The notes beneath the pieces are model-generated. The model worked only from the letters and a program-made list of their open reading frames with translations, did not search any database and had not been told where the DNA came from. This document shows, piece after piece, positions 26,271 through 38,700 of a stretch of 64,000 bases of DNA (positions within the stretch are counted from its first letter, which is position 1; each line of letters begins with the position of its first letter). This stretch comes from Macrostomum lignano (taxonomy: Eukaryota). The stretch is taken from contig NIVC01001348.1 of NCBI GenBank assembly GCA_002269645.1, forward strand, positions 37,663 through 101,662. Direction: 5' to 3'. The position numbers and the translations under genes were made by a program.

Positions 26271-27339
26271 TTACCCACAATAGAGACGTAAAAACAAAGC
26301 ACTGATAACTTACCGGCTTGAAAAAGTAAAGACGCCACCAGACGCAGAAAGATCTAGTAGACAAGAAGTCACAATGTTAGAATTGTAAACTGTCGAAGCA
26401 GATTATTTTTAATAATCTTTTTCCTTCCCGCAGTTCTTACTCTGCTTTCTGGACGCTTAAAGGTGTAGCCTCTATAGAGAGAGAGATAGGGTGGAGAAGG
26501 ACTGAATAGGTGAGAGTGGCTGTTGGGCGGAAAGGCAGCTTGAGCGAAGCAAAACTCAAATCTATGAGCCCCTTTAGTGTGTGTGTGTGTGGGCCCGCCT
26601 CTATTCAGGTCTGGATTGTTCTGCCGTCGGCAAGTCCACAGAGAGAATGACAGAATTAGCTACTATTTATGAACTACTGCCAGAGTGTTCAGCAGCTTAC
26701 GGGTGCGCTGAGTGAGAGTTTTACAGAATTTGTCAACGCTTTTCTGGTTAGCGAGCGCTTCTTCTCTTCAACCTCCCCCCCCCCCCGCTCTTATGATTGG
26801 ACTCGGCCTGGAAGGCCAACCAAGCGAACCAGCAGAGTCCCGGTTCATGGGCTATTATAGACTGAATCTGGACAACTTTTGGCCACGGAAGGTGGACTTT
26901 CTGGTAGATCTAGCCCCCCTCCCCTCGATGGTGCCCCCCTGATGGAGCCCTTGAGCTTGCTTCATCACAACTTGCACACAATCTAGCGTTGTAAATCTGG
27001 AAAATTTCATATACAGGCACTTTATAGAAATAGCTCCAGTCCAGACTTATAAGTTTGAGTAGTCCCTGGCTGTCTGTCAGCCACACCGACAGCATTGAAT
27101 GTAAAAACAAATTCTTTTAGTTGTCTCTTGTCTCTTCTCTATTCATTCAAACTAATTTATCATCTAAAAGTAGCTTTCACTTCTGCGGGGCCTCAAAGGC
27201 TCAGACACAATGGCAGGTAAGAAGACCTTGTAGTCAGTTTCCGGATAAATTTTTGCGAGAATGTGCAACTAAAGTCATTTATATTGTTTGAGAATCCAGC
27301 CAGTTTGCCTTTGACGACCTACCGGGTGTTTCGTGAGAA

Positions 27340-28075
27340 CTTCGGCCAGGGGGTATCTTGTCGAGAATCTATGGGTATTGTAATAAGAATCTAGGCCAGG
27401 GGGTATCTTGTCGAGAATCTATGGGTATTGTAATAAGAATCTAGGCCAGGGGGTATCTTGTCGAGAATCTATGGGTATTGTAATAAGAATCTAGGCCAGG
27501 GGGTATCTTGTCGAGAATCTATGGGTATTGTAATAAGAATCTAGGCCAGGGGGTATCTTTTCGAGAATCTATGGGTATTGTAATAAGAATCTAGGCCAGG
27601 GGGTATCTTTTCGAGAATCTATGGGTATTGTAATAAGAATCTAGGCCAGGGGGTATCTTTTCGAGAATCTATGGGTATTGTAATAAGAATCTAGGCCAGG
27701 GGGTATCTTTTCGAGAATCTATGGGTATTGTAATAATAATCTAGGCTAGGGGGTATCTTTTCGAGAATCTATGGGTATTGTAATAAGAATCTAGGCCAGG
27801 GGGTATCTTTTCGAGAATCTATGGGTATTGTAATAAGAATCTAGGCCAGGGGGTATCTTTTCGAGAATCTATGGGTATTGTAATAATAATCTAGGCTAGG
27901 GGGTATCTTTTCGAGAATCTATGGGTATTGTAATAATAATCTAGGCTAGGGGGTATCTTTTCGAGAATCTATGGGTATTGTAATAATAATCTAGGCTAGG
28001 GGGTATCTTTTCGAGAATCTATGGGTATTGTAATAATAATCTAGGCTAGGGGGTATCTTTTCGAGAATCTATGGG
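27340..28075. repeat. Minisatellite, 50-bp unit GGCCAGGGGGTATCTT(G/T)TCGAGAATCTATGGGTATTGTAATAAGAATCTA
   Basis: Copies at 27361, 27411 etc. No spacers, so not a CRISPR array. Confidence 0.96.
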
Positions 28076-28179
28076 TGTTTTGATGAGATCGATCGATATT
28101 TTCAAATATAGGTTATGGTAGGCAAAGTTTCTTAAATAATTTTAGCGAATTATCATGTCTCACTCTACCCTGGGTATTC

Positions 28180-28395
28180 TAACGAGTCAGGGAGGGTATT
28201 CTCCTGGGTCAGGGAGGGTATTCTACTGGGTCAGGGAGGGTATTCTACTGGGTAAGGGAGGGTATTCTACAGGGTCAGGGAGGGTATTCTCCTGGGTCAG
28301 GGAGGGTATTCTACTGGGTCAGGGAGGGTATTCTACTGGGTCAGGGAGGGTATTCTCCTGTGTCAGGGAGGGTATTCTCCTGTGTCAGGGTCAGT
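28180..28395. repeat. 22-bp G-rich repeat GGGTCAGGGAGGGTATTCTACT
   Basis: Direct repeat with three GGG runs per unit, so potentially G-quadruplex forming. Confidence 0.9.
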
Positions 28396-30019
28396 AATTT
28401 TCATGAAACAGCTGGTTAAAAACAAACAGGTACAAAGTAACAACAAATAACGGCATTAAGATTGCTAGTGTCTTGATCAAAATGAAATCGTGCAAAGGAA
28501 ATTAATATAAGCTTATAGTTTTGTATATATTTATTTGAAAAAAAAGTTTTTTTGGATAAACAAATAACAGAAAAAAACAGAAGTAAAAAAGCAGATGAAT
28601 CAACGCACTGAAGCAATCGCATAAGAAATTAACAATCAACAGTTGTAGCGCGAGTGAATGGGACAAGTTTTGAGGGAATTAAAGGGGATAACCGTATCCA
28701 AAATACCGGCTGAGTTAAAGTTTGCAAACAAAGTTAATCGAATTCGCCAAACAAACACAAAATTTGGTTTGAATTTGCGCTGTAAAGTAATGCAGTCTCA
28801 GTTCTATCTCTGGGATAAGAAAAGGAAAAGTAAAGAACTCAAATGATCAATCTACGAATCAGTCAGCCTCTTTAAGAAAACTGTTAATAAACTATATAAT
28901 ATTTGCTACAATCGTAGTCGAAGAAAAACAAAGAAGAAGCAAAGCAACAAGTGCCAGAAATAAGAAGTACAGAGAAAACACATAGCCAGATTATAATTAA
29001 TTCAAATTTAAACAATAAACAAGTTAGTTATAACTTTTACTGTGAAACATAAATACATATTGCTAGAAGGAATATTAAAAAAGAAATGAAAAAATACTAA
29101 AAGACAAGTATTAAAAAGGACATATTGTACTCTAATAGCTGACAATGGATGCCACATCACGTCAGTTAATAAGAATGACAGTTTCCAATCGAAATACGCA
29201 GATCAAATATTATCTCTTGCCAAGGTAGAAAAATCTGCTTTCTAAAGCTAATAATTTAGTATCGGTAATGCGATAATTATTGAGGAATAATTATCTAATC
29301 AAGCGCCTTTGAGTCGAAAAAAATTTGCAGTATAAAAAACAAGCATAATAAAAATAACAAAAAAGAAAAACTCTATCCCTGCTGCTCCTACTCGGCACCG
29401 CAAAATACTACTAACCGAAGTAATTTAGTAAGTAGTGTACTGCAGGCAAAATATTTGTTTAGCGTTGAATTTATAAAGTTGGCTGTGTTAATACAGTCGA
29501 TGCTAGCTGTTAATAAATAGAGACATGACATTTCAAGTTAACCGAGAAAGAGATTCAAACAAGCAGCTCCGGCAACTGTAACGGGCAATGTCGCTATTGA
29601 AGTTTATCGTACAGCTATTCTGGGAGAACCCGAACGATAAGAGAGGACACGAAACCAAACAAATAGTTGTTGAACCGCGGGTTAATCGATTGCAGAAGTG
29701 ACAATATCAAATAAATGAATCTTATTAGTCAACAAATTAAAAAATTATAGACAAGTAAATGAAATTAATAAATAAACAATATACACACAAAATAAAACAC
29801 GGCAATTAAAATTACACATGCAAAATCTAATCGAGTGTAAAGAAAATGTTGTGATTATATTATGAAAAAAGACGCAACAAAAATAACATTTTATAGGAAT
29901 TTTGAGAATAATTGCGGCCACAAAATGACCGCATTCCGCTTCTGGTAATTGTTGACAGTGCGTTGCTTGGCAATAAATTATCTGTTTTTGATTCGTTTGT
30001 GCAATTGTACTTTTGTAGC

Positions 30020-30720
30020 TCACTGAGTGGAGTGAGGTGGCTGGCGGGGTGGCTGGCGGAGTGAGGTGGCTGGTGGAGTGAGGTGGCTGGCGGAGTGAGG
30101 TGGCTGGTGAAGTGAGGTGGCTGGTGGAGTGAGGTGGCTGGCGGAGTGAGGTGGCTGGTGGAGTGAGGTGGCTGGTGGAGTGAGGTGGCTGGTGGAGTGA
30201 GGTGGCTGGTGGAGTGAGGTGGCTGGCGGAGTGAGGTGGCTGGCGGGGTGGCTGGTGGAGTGAGGTGGCTGGCGGAGTGAGGTGGCTGGTGGAGTGAGGT
30301 GGCTGGTGGAGTGAGGTGGCTGGTGGAGTGAGGTGGCTGGCGGAGTGAGGTGGCTGGCGGGGTGGCTGGCGGAGTGAGGTGGCTGGCGGGGTGGCTGGCG
30401 GAGTGAGGTGGCTGGTGGAGTGAGGTGGCTGGTGGAGTGAGGTGGCTGGTGGAGCGAGGTGGCTGGTGGAGTGAGGTGGCTGGTGGAGTGAGGTGGCTGG
30501 CGGGGTGGCTGGTGGAGTGAGGTGGCTGGCGGGGTGGCTGGCGGAGTGAGGTGGCTGGCGGGGTGGCTGGCGGAGTGAGGTGGCTGGTGGAGTGAGATGG
30601 CTGGCGGAGTGAGGTGGCTGGCGGGGTGACTGGTGGAGTGAGGTGGCTGGCGGAGTGAGGTGGCTGGCGGGGTGACTGGTGGAGTGAGGTGGCTGGCGGA
30701 GTGAGGTGGCTGGTGGAATG
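30020..30720. repeat. G-rich minisatellite, 17-bp GGAGTGAGGTGGCTGG(T/C) with 12-bp variant
   Basis: Direct tandem repeat. Confidence 0.95.
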
Positions 30721-31547
30721 ATGTGGCTGGCGGAGTAAAATGGCTGATAGCAGCGATTCCAGTGGGTGGATAAAAGTAACTGCAACCGCATTTTGCAACT
30801 TTTAGCAGAAGCAGAACAATGGATATGGCGGATGGAGATAACAAAGGACTAGACAAAAAAAATCATAAGTATGGCCAGAACTTTGCCTACATTTTTCGAG
30901 TACAAAGCCAGAAATTCATTGAAAAACGGTCGAAAACGAAGCGCAAAAGTGCTAAATCAAAGAGTTAGGCGGGATAAATCAAAGACAAACTGAAAATATC
31001 GTATAAAAACGCTAGTTAAATATTGTTTATGAAAAATATGAAGTTATATAATACCGAAAGAAGTACACGAGGAACCTCTGGATCAGATATACAAAATGAA
31101 AATCAATTAGCTATAAAGATAAGATATAGCAATTATAAATTTCGTGAGTGTCAGTTGAAGAAAGCTGAAAATCATACAGATTAAAGCATAACAAACAGTT
31201 TTTCACGCGTTAGAAAAATTGATAAACCAAACACAGCTGTACTATAAGAGATCGAGCAGAAAATCAAAGGCTACATGGATAAAAATTATTATTGTCTAAA
31301 TAATCTCTAAGCATTGTATTATAATAAACAAATAGGAGATTGGCAAACCGAACAAAATAAAAAAAGTGAATACCCACGGTAAATTTGCTATTGCTATTGC
31401 ATAAGGGCCGCGAATTCGTTACAATATGCTGAAGAGTTGTCCTTAAAAAGGCCGTTTTTTTTAAATTTATGTCAAATTTATAGTTTTTTCCTCACAGCTA
31501 ATTTTTGCTTTTTACTTGCACTAATTGATTACACCTGCTACAATTTG

Positions 31548-31806
31548 GCCAGATGTGCAACCGACAGCTCAGCCGCAGCTATTGCGCGGCGCATCTGAAG
31601 GCTGTTCAGTCCAAGGACTGGGGGGGGGGTCGCCACGCACAGCCTCAATTACCCCAGCTAATGCTGGCACCCATTTTACAGCTGGGTGAACTGAAGCAAT
31701 GCAGAGTTAAGTGTCCTGCTCAAGGACACTTAATTGTTCCAGTGGGATCGGGAATCGAATCCCCGACCTTCCAGTCGTGAGTCCGACGCTCAAACCACTA
31801 GGCTAC
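31548..31806 (-). mobile_element. Full-length tRNA-derived SINE (family A)
   Basis: Minus strand starts GTAGCCTAGTGGTTTGAGCG (A box) ... GGATTCGATTCCCG (B box). This is followed by GTGTCCTTGAGCAGGACACTTAAC..CACCCAGCTGTAAAATGGG, which resembles conserved central domains of metazoan SINEs. Second copy at 11923. Confidence 0.82.
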
Positions 31807-33046
31807 AATCTGCTCTTGCACAAAAATTCATATTATTAATTCATTATTTTAATTTTGACGACCATGTGTTGGTATTAGTGCGTGTTCTTAAAAGGGCCGT
31901 TTCAAGAACATAGCAATATTTAGCTCTGAGCAGCCCCTGAGTAGGCATCAACAAAAAAAATTAGCTGGTAGGAAAGCGAATTTAATTGAAAATAAAACAA
32001 AGAAAACAGATTATTGAAAAAAGAAATTAAAAAAATACTTTTTGTTCTTGTAAAGCTACACTGAACCAGCTAATATAGAATGTAGGATGGAAGGCAAAGA
32101 ACAAAATAGCAAGTAAATAGAACAAGCCAACTGTAAAAAAACAGAGATTATGTTTTAATGTTTCATTAACTTTCATAACAGAAACAGCAAATCAGATAGG
32201 AGTATCGAACCGGGCTTCTGCAATCCAAGCACAACAGCTTCGGCTTGTCTCCAATAAATTTAATTGATCGCTACATTGGCCAGCGGCAGTTGAAACACAA
32301 TTATTTATCAACATATTTTTGGATAGCCTGTGCGCTGTCAGTTAGCAAGAAAATCTATGCAATAAACTAAATTGTATGGAACGCTGACAAACTACTGTTA
32401 GTAGCTAAGTGACGCATTTTAATCGAGGTTTTTTTTTAGAAAAAAGAACTGTATTATCATATTATAAAGTATGCACAGAGGCCTGTGCCAATAGCCAGGG
32501 TAAGCTAAGTAGGTCGCAAATAGAAAGAGCGTAGAAACCAGAAGGTAATTAAAAATTCAATATAACAATAAATTGCATTTCATCTTGAAAGCAAAGTAAA
32601 CATGTTTTAAATAATATTGTATCAAACGGGTGCCAATAGAAAAAATACAAATTGAAACGGTTATTGTCTGTCTATACTACTGGCAGTAGCAGTAGTAGTA
32701 GTAGTAGTAGAAAAATACATTAAATTCATGGCAGAAAGGAGCCAAATTAATTAGAAAAATAATCCGTAAAAATTAATTTAAAAAAGTAACAAATTATAAA
32801 ATAAAATTAAAACAAATCAAAACGATCGGATACAGGAGGCTACAAACCAGCAGATTAAAAAAATAACAGCAATTCACAACAGATAAGTTTATAACACAAA
32901 CTGAATAGCTAATTTAGGAATATAAAAAACATCAATAAGACAGGCAGACAAACAAAAACAAAAGAACTCGTCACTTTCCTCTTCGAAATCATGCCAGAGT
33001 ACTTCTTTACCTTAAAGTTCCTTGATAATTGAATAACATTTTCTTT

Positions 33047-33067
33047 CTACTCCTGCTTCTGCTCCTG

Positions 33068-33116
<49 letters not shown>

Positions 33117-35657
33117 TGCTGCTGCGGCTGCGGCAGGGCCGCGGGCAGCGGAGAGCCAGCCAGCTCGAACAGCTGCTGCAGACCGACAGAGCGACCGCCA
33201 GTCACCAGCAGCACAATGTTGGCCGACTGCGGCCTGGCCAGCTGGCCCGGCCCCACGTGTCGGCCATAGACAGCGGCCAGAGCGGCGCCGCAGACCGGCT
33301 CAGTCAGCAGCTGGTGCTGGCAAAGGAAGCTGACGCTGGCCTTGGCCGCCTCATCCTGGCTGCAGGTCACCGAGTGCAACGGCTGCTCGCGGGCCGCGTC
33401 CAGCGCCCGCTGGCACGGCCGGCCGACTCCGCCGCCGCCGCCACCATCGAGGCAGCCGCCGTTGGTCGTTCGCAGCTCGGCGGCGATCACCGGCGTGGTG
33501 ACCCAGCCGTAGCGCCACAGGCCGGACACGACGCCGGACAGTAGGCCGCCGCCGGACACAGGCAAAACGATAGCGTCGGGCTGTTCGCCGTTCAACGCCT
33601 CGGCGAGTTCGTCAACCAGGCCGCTGTAGCCCGTCCAGACGTCCTCGCTGTCGAACGGGTGCAGCAGGCAGACGGAGCGGCCCAGCTGGCCGGCCAGCAG
33701 CTCCGCTTGGCTGTGCGCCTCGGGCCAGTCGGCGCCGTGCAGCAACACCTGGGCGCCTTCGTCGGCGATGCGAGCGCGAGCCTCTTGGGCTACGGCGGCA
33801 TCGTTGGCATTGGACGCGGCTGATTCGGGCAGCACGACAGTGCACTGCAGGCCGAGACGGGCAGCCGAGTAGGCGCAGGCCAAGCCGGAGTTGCCGGCGC
33901 AGCTGCTGCTGGTCACCACCTATTTATTTATTGATTGAAAGTAAGTTTAAAAAATACAGATAATGTCCTGACTAACTACTGAAGAAACGCATGTTGAGTA
34001 GCATTAAGATATCGTGTTTCCTAGAAATTCCTACAACTGTGACTAAAATTTGTTGCAATAGTTTACAGTTAAAGCGCCATTCAGCTGAAAAGATACATCT
34101 GATTTGCGAAATTTATAATTTTCTTTGCTTTTTATCCTTCACGTCTGAATTTTGGATACTATTGTATGTGTTGTGATAAGTTTTTGCACCCCGTTGCAGT
34201 CTGCTATCTGGAACAAGCCATTTGCTTTTGACCATACAGGCAAAGCATTTTAAACCATCAGCCTGATTATAGTTCTGCCATATTGATGCAATAATGTTCT
34301 GCCGTCATGATTTTTAAAGGTGAAAGCTTGCAGTCTGCCTGAGGATTAAGAGGTTGGGATTCCCTGAAAGTTAGGAGGTATTAAATGACTACCTGAAGGT
34401 TAGGAGGTGCTAAATGACTACCTGAAGGTTGGGGGGTGTTAAATGACTACCTGAAGGTTGGGAGGTGTTAAAGGACTACCTGAAGGTTGGGAGGTGTTAA
34501 AGGACTACCTGAAGGTTGAGAGGTGTTAAATGACTATCTGCAGGTTGGGAGGTGTTAAATGACTTCCTGAAGGTTGGGAGGTGTTAAAGGACTACCTGAA
34601 GGTTGGGAGGTGTTAAAGGACTACCTGAAGGTTGAGAGGTGTTAAATGACTATCTGCAGGTTGGGAGGTGTTAAATGACTACCTGAAGGTTGGGAGGTGT
34701 TAAAGGACTACCTGAAGGTTGGGAGGTGTTAAATGACTACCTGAAGGTTGGGAGGTGTTAAAGGACTACCTGAAGGTTGGGAGGTGTTAAAGGACTACCT
34801 GAAGGTTGAGAGGTGTTAAATGACTATCTGCAGGTTGGGAGGTGTTAAATGACTTCCTGAAGGTTGGGAGGTGCTAAATGACTACCTGAAGGTTGGGAGG
34901 TGTTAAATGACTACCTGAAGGTTGGGAGGTGTTAAATGACTACCTGAAGGTTGGGAGGTATTTAACGATTACCTGAGGATTGAGAGTAAAATAGCGCCAT
35001 AAACTCACGTGAGTGAAGCCCCGCTCAGCGGCCCGCCGCACGGCGTGAGCCATGCCGCGCAGGCACACGGACCCAGTTGGCTGGCAATTCTCCAGTTTGA
35101 GCCAAACGCGGCAGCCTTTGATGCCCATAGCTCTGGCCAGTGGCCGACTTTCAATCAGCGGAGTCCGCACGTGCAGCGGCAGCGGCGCCGGGACGCCAGC
35201 CGATGCGGCGGCCGCGGTGGCCAAGTCCGGGCACAGCAGGCCCAGCTGCGACAGAGCAGTCAGGGCGTCGTGCGGCGGCGAGTCCAAACTCGAGCCGTTG
35301 CTAGACAGCGAGACGTCAAGGTCGGAGGTGATCTCCTTGTGCCCGGCCAGTCTGTGCCCGCCATTGCCGCCGCCGCCGCTACCGCCGCCGCCACCACCGA
35401 TGCCGTTGCTAGTGAGAGTGCGGAAAGCGTTCTGCGTGCCCAGAGCGTTGAAAATGAGCAGGCTGTCAACCATTTCCTCTATGCCAGCCTGCGTGCCGCC
35501 GAAGCCGAAGCTGCCGCTGCCGCCGCCCCAGTTGGACTGTCGGAGTCCAGCAGGCGGCTGAGACCACCGAATCTGCGGCGCGATTGGGTTTGAAGATTTG
35601 AGATGAGATGAGCGATCTGGATCTGTCAGCGGCGCTCTGGCCTGCTGTACTTTTGCA
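33047..35657 (-). CDS. Serine dehydratase/threonine deaminase (SDS/SDSL, PLP fold II)-like domain lacking the PLP lysine; probably the 3' exons of the RRM gene; poly-Gln tail
   Basis: Exons 35657-35009 and 33919-33047. Motifs LHVRTPLIES, VWLKLENCQPTGSVCLRG, SSCAGNSGLACAYSA, HPFD..VWTGY, IVLPVSGGGLL, LTEPVCGAALAAVYG, VLLVTGG. Confidence 0.88.
34360..34975. repeat. Intronic minisatellite, 29-bp unit; sense strand GTAGTCATTTAACACCTCCCAACCTTCAG
   Basis: Direct tandem repeat, ~20 copies by length. Confidence 0.95.
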
Positions 35658-35719
35658 CTGGGTTGGGGTGCCATAGAAATAAACTTAACGATTACGTATG
35701 CGCCTCTCAGCCTCGGTCT

Positions 35720-36830
35720 TTTTGTCTGTCTGTCTTAGTGTCTGCTTGTCTGTTTTTTTAGTGTCTGTCCGTCTGTCTTAGTGTCTGCTTGTCTGTTTTT
35801 TTAGTGTCTGTCCGTCTGTCTTAGTGTCTGCTTGTCTGTTTTTTTAGTGTCTGTCCGTCTGTCTTAGTGTCTGCTTGTCTGTTTTTTTAGTGTCTGTCCG
35901 TCTGTCTTAGTGTCTGCTTGTCTGTTTTTTTAGTGTCTGTCCGTCTGTCTTAGTGTCTGCTTGTCTGTTTTTTTAGTGTCTGTCCGTCTGTTTTAGTGTC
36001 TGCTTGTCTGTTTTTTTAGTGTCTGTCCGTCTGTCTTAGTGTCTGTTTGTCTGTTTTTTAGTGTCTCTCCGTCTGTCTTAGTGTCTGCTTGTCTGTTTTT
36101 TAGTGTCTGTCCTTCTGTCTTAGTGTCTGCTTGTCTGTTTTTTTTAGTGTCTGCCCGTCTGTCTTAGTGTCTGCTTGTCTGTTTTTTTTGTGTCTGCCCG
36201 TCTGTCTTAGTGTCTGCTTGTCTGTTTTTTTTTGTGTCTGCCCGTCTGTCTTAGTGTCTGCTTGTCTGTTTTTTTAGTGTCTGCCCGTCTGTCTTAGTGT
36301 CTGCTTGTCTGTTTTTTTAGTGTCTGCCCGTCTGTCTTAGTGTCTGCTTGTCTGTTTTTTAGTGTCTGTCCGTCTGTCTTAGTGTCTGTTTTAGTGTCTG
36401 ATTAGTGCCTGTCTTAAAGTCTGTCTGTCTGGCAGTTTTAGTGTCTGTCTGTCTGCCTTAGTGTCTGTCTGTCTGCCTTAGTGTCTGTCTGTCTGCTTTA
36501 GTGTCTGTCTGTCTGCTTTAGTGTCTGTCTGTCTGATTTAGTGTCTGTCTGTCTGCTTTAGTGTCTGTCTGTCTGCTTTAGTGTCTGTCTGTCTGATTTA
36601 GTGTCTGTCTGTCTGCTTTAGTGTCTGTCTGTCTGCTTTAGTGTCTGTCTGTCTGCTTTAGTGTGTCTGTCTGCTTTAGTGTCTGTCTGTCTGTCTGATT
36701 TAGTGTCTGTCTGTCTGCTTTAGTGTCTGTCTGTCTGCTTTAGTGTCTGTCTGTCTGATTTAGTGTCTGTCTGTCTGCTTTAGTGTCTGTCTCTGTCTGT
36801 GTTAGTGTCTGTCCTAGTGCCTGTTTTTAG
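35720..36830. repeat. Intronic minisatellites, ~43-bp and ~24-bp TAGTGTCTGTC-based units
   Basis: Direct tandem repeats. Confidence 0.93.
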
Positions 36831-37570
36831 TATTTGTCTGTCTTATTTGGCCTGTCTTCTGTCGTCTTAATTTCTGCCTGAATCTGGCTTAATGTTTCTT
36901 CAGTATATTCATATCTGTTTTTTATGTCTTACTAGTAGTGACTTAGTGACCGAATGTCTGCCTGTCTTAATATCGTGTCCATCCGTCTGTCCTTCTGTCC
37001 GTATTCATGCCAGTTTATTTTTACACATCTATATATAGATAGCTCGTATCCCAAAGATCGAAGCAACCACGCTTTGCATTTTGGCCCGCTAGTCGGAAAT
37101 GATCGGAAATCGATAACATCGATAATTTTACACAGGTAATCTCAAGCAGAAGTCTTTTTGCACAGCATTCCTCGCCTAAATTTCTGTTTAAGAAGCTGTC
37201 TCAACACTAAGCTCAGACTGTCCTACGTGTGTCGCCCCTAATATCAATGCTCGAGACTTAAGGGCCTTAGGCTCGATTCTTAGCGTAGCATACCAGCTGT
37301 AAAGCAAGCCAATGCTAGAAATGTACAATTCCCCCGACAACAAGCCAAGTTAAATTAAACATCAGCCTGTCTGTAACATAAAGCGTATTTCACAAATATA
37401 AATTACAGAACCAGCTACACCAAGGTGAAGGTTTCCAAATTCGATGCTAATCTCTGCCGAATTTCCGTCGGCTAAAGCCGATCCTTTACCCACCTGTCTG
37501 GCCAAGCCGCAGTGCGGGTCAAGGGGCGAACAAACAAGTTGAACAACACGAAGCTATGAAGAGTTATTTT

Positions 37571-37571
<1 letters not shown>

Positions 37572-37652
<81 letters not shown>
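37572..37652. repeat. (CT)n/(GA)n microsatellite
   Basis: Direct sequence. Confidence 0.98.
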
Positions 37653-37654
<2 letters not shown>

Positions 37655-38054
37655 ACAGTAAGCTACGCCGCACAAGATCGCATTGCACAATGCATAATAA
37701 AATTTGTAAAAGCAAAGATTTCGCTTCGTTATTATTAGTTGTAAAACTGAATTGCTGCTGCTGTAGCCTAAGAGAGAGTGGGAGAGAGGGGGGCAGGGGT
37801 AGGTGGCCATTGTCAGATAGGGAGCTTACACACTTGCAGGGTACTGCACCTGTGCACCTTAATTTCTGTGCTAGTGAGGGCAACTATAGAAGAGCCGTGT
37901 TTCAATGTAGTAACACTGTTAAAAAGTGACCATTTTTATTACCTTTATCTCTGCCCACTTCATTCTTAATTCCTAGTCGATTTTTTAATACTCCTTTGAA
38001 GAACACCGATGCGCTGTAAAATTCTTTGGCATTTTGACATATAGAGTCTTCGAG

Positions 38055-38680
38055 GGGCACCAGTCCTCTCCCAGCTCTATTAGATCAGACACCAGTCCTC
38101 TCCCAGCTCTATTAGATCAGACACCAGTCCTCTGCCAGCTCTATTAGATCAGACACCAGGCCTCTCCCAGCTCTATTAGATCAGACACCAGTCCTCTCCC
38201 AGCTCTATTAGATCAGACACCAGTCCTCTCCCAGCTCTATTAGATCAGACACCAGTCCTCTCCCAGCTCTATTAGATCAGACACCAGGCCTCTCCCAGCT
38301 CTGACACCAGGCCTCTCCCAGCTCTGTTAGATCAGACACCAGTCCTCTCCCAGCTCTATTAGATCAGACACCAGTCCTCTCCCAGCTCTATTAGATCAGA
38401 CACCAGGCCTCTCCCAGCTCTGTTAGATCAGACACCAGTCCTCTCCCAGCTCTGTTAGATCAGACACCAGGCCTCTCCCAGCTCTGTTAGATCAGACACC
38501 AGTCCTCTCCCAGCTCTCTTAGATCAGACACCAGTCCTCTCCCAGCTCTATTAGATCAGACACCAGGCCTCTCCCAGCTCTGTTAGATCAGACACCAGTC
38601 CTCTCCCAGCTCTGTTAGATCAGACACCAGTCTTCTCCCAGCTCTGTTAGATCAGACACCAGTCCTCCCCCAGCTCCCCA
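38055..38680. repeat. Intronic minisatellite, 32-bp unit CAGTCCTCTCCCAGCTCTATTAGATCAGACAC
   Basis: Copies at 38061, 38093 etc. Confidence 0.95.
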
Positions 38681-38700
38681 GCTCAAACAGCAGTGCTCAC

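Noticed and set aside
24953-26305. 450-aa SQPSESPHSA repeat ORF resembling a mucin or adhesive protein
   Set aside because: A 30-bp unit is open in several frames on both strands, with no signal peptide, no credible ATG context and no splice support.
20340-27340. Possible decayed LTR retrotransposon (gag-like pieces at 20700-21100, 23184-23700, 24450-24950; possible TG...CA LTR 26464-27209 followed by TGG)
   Set aside because: No second LTR copy and no RT, integrase or zinc-knuckle motif recognised. It needs RepeatMasker or a profile search.
27340-28075. Regular 50-bp repeats resembling a CRISPR array
   Set aside because: No unique spacers, no cas genes, and eukaryotic context.
30020-30720. 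Repeated GCTGGTGG (E. coli Chi) octamers
   Set aside because: Part of a G-rich minisatellite unit. RecBCD Chi has no established role in animals.
33029-33544. Plus-strand poly-Leu ORF
   Set aside because: Antisense shadow of the poly-Gln tail and GC-rich SDS-like exon.
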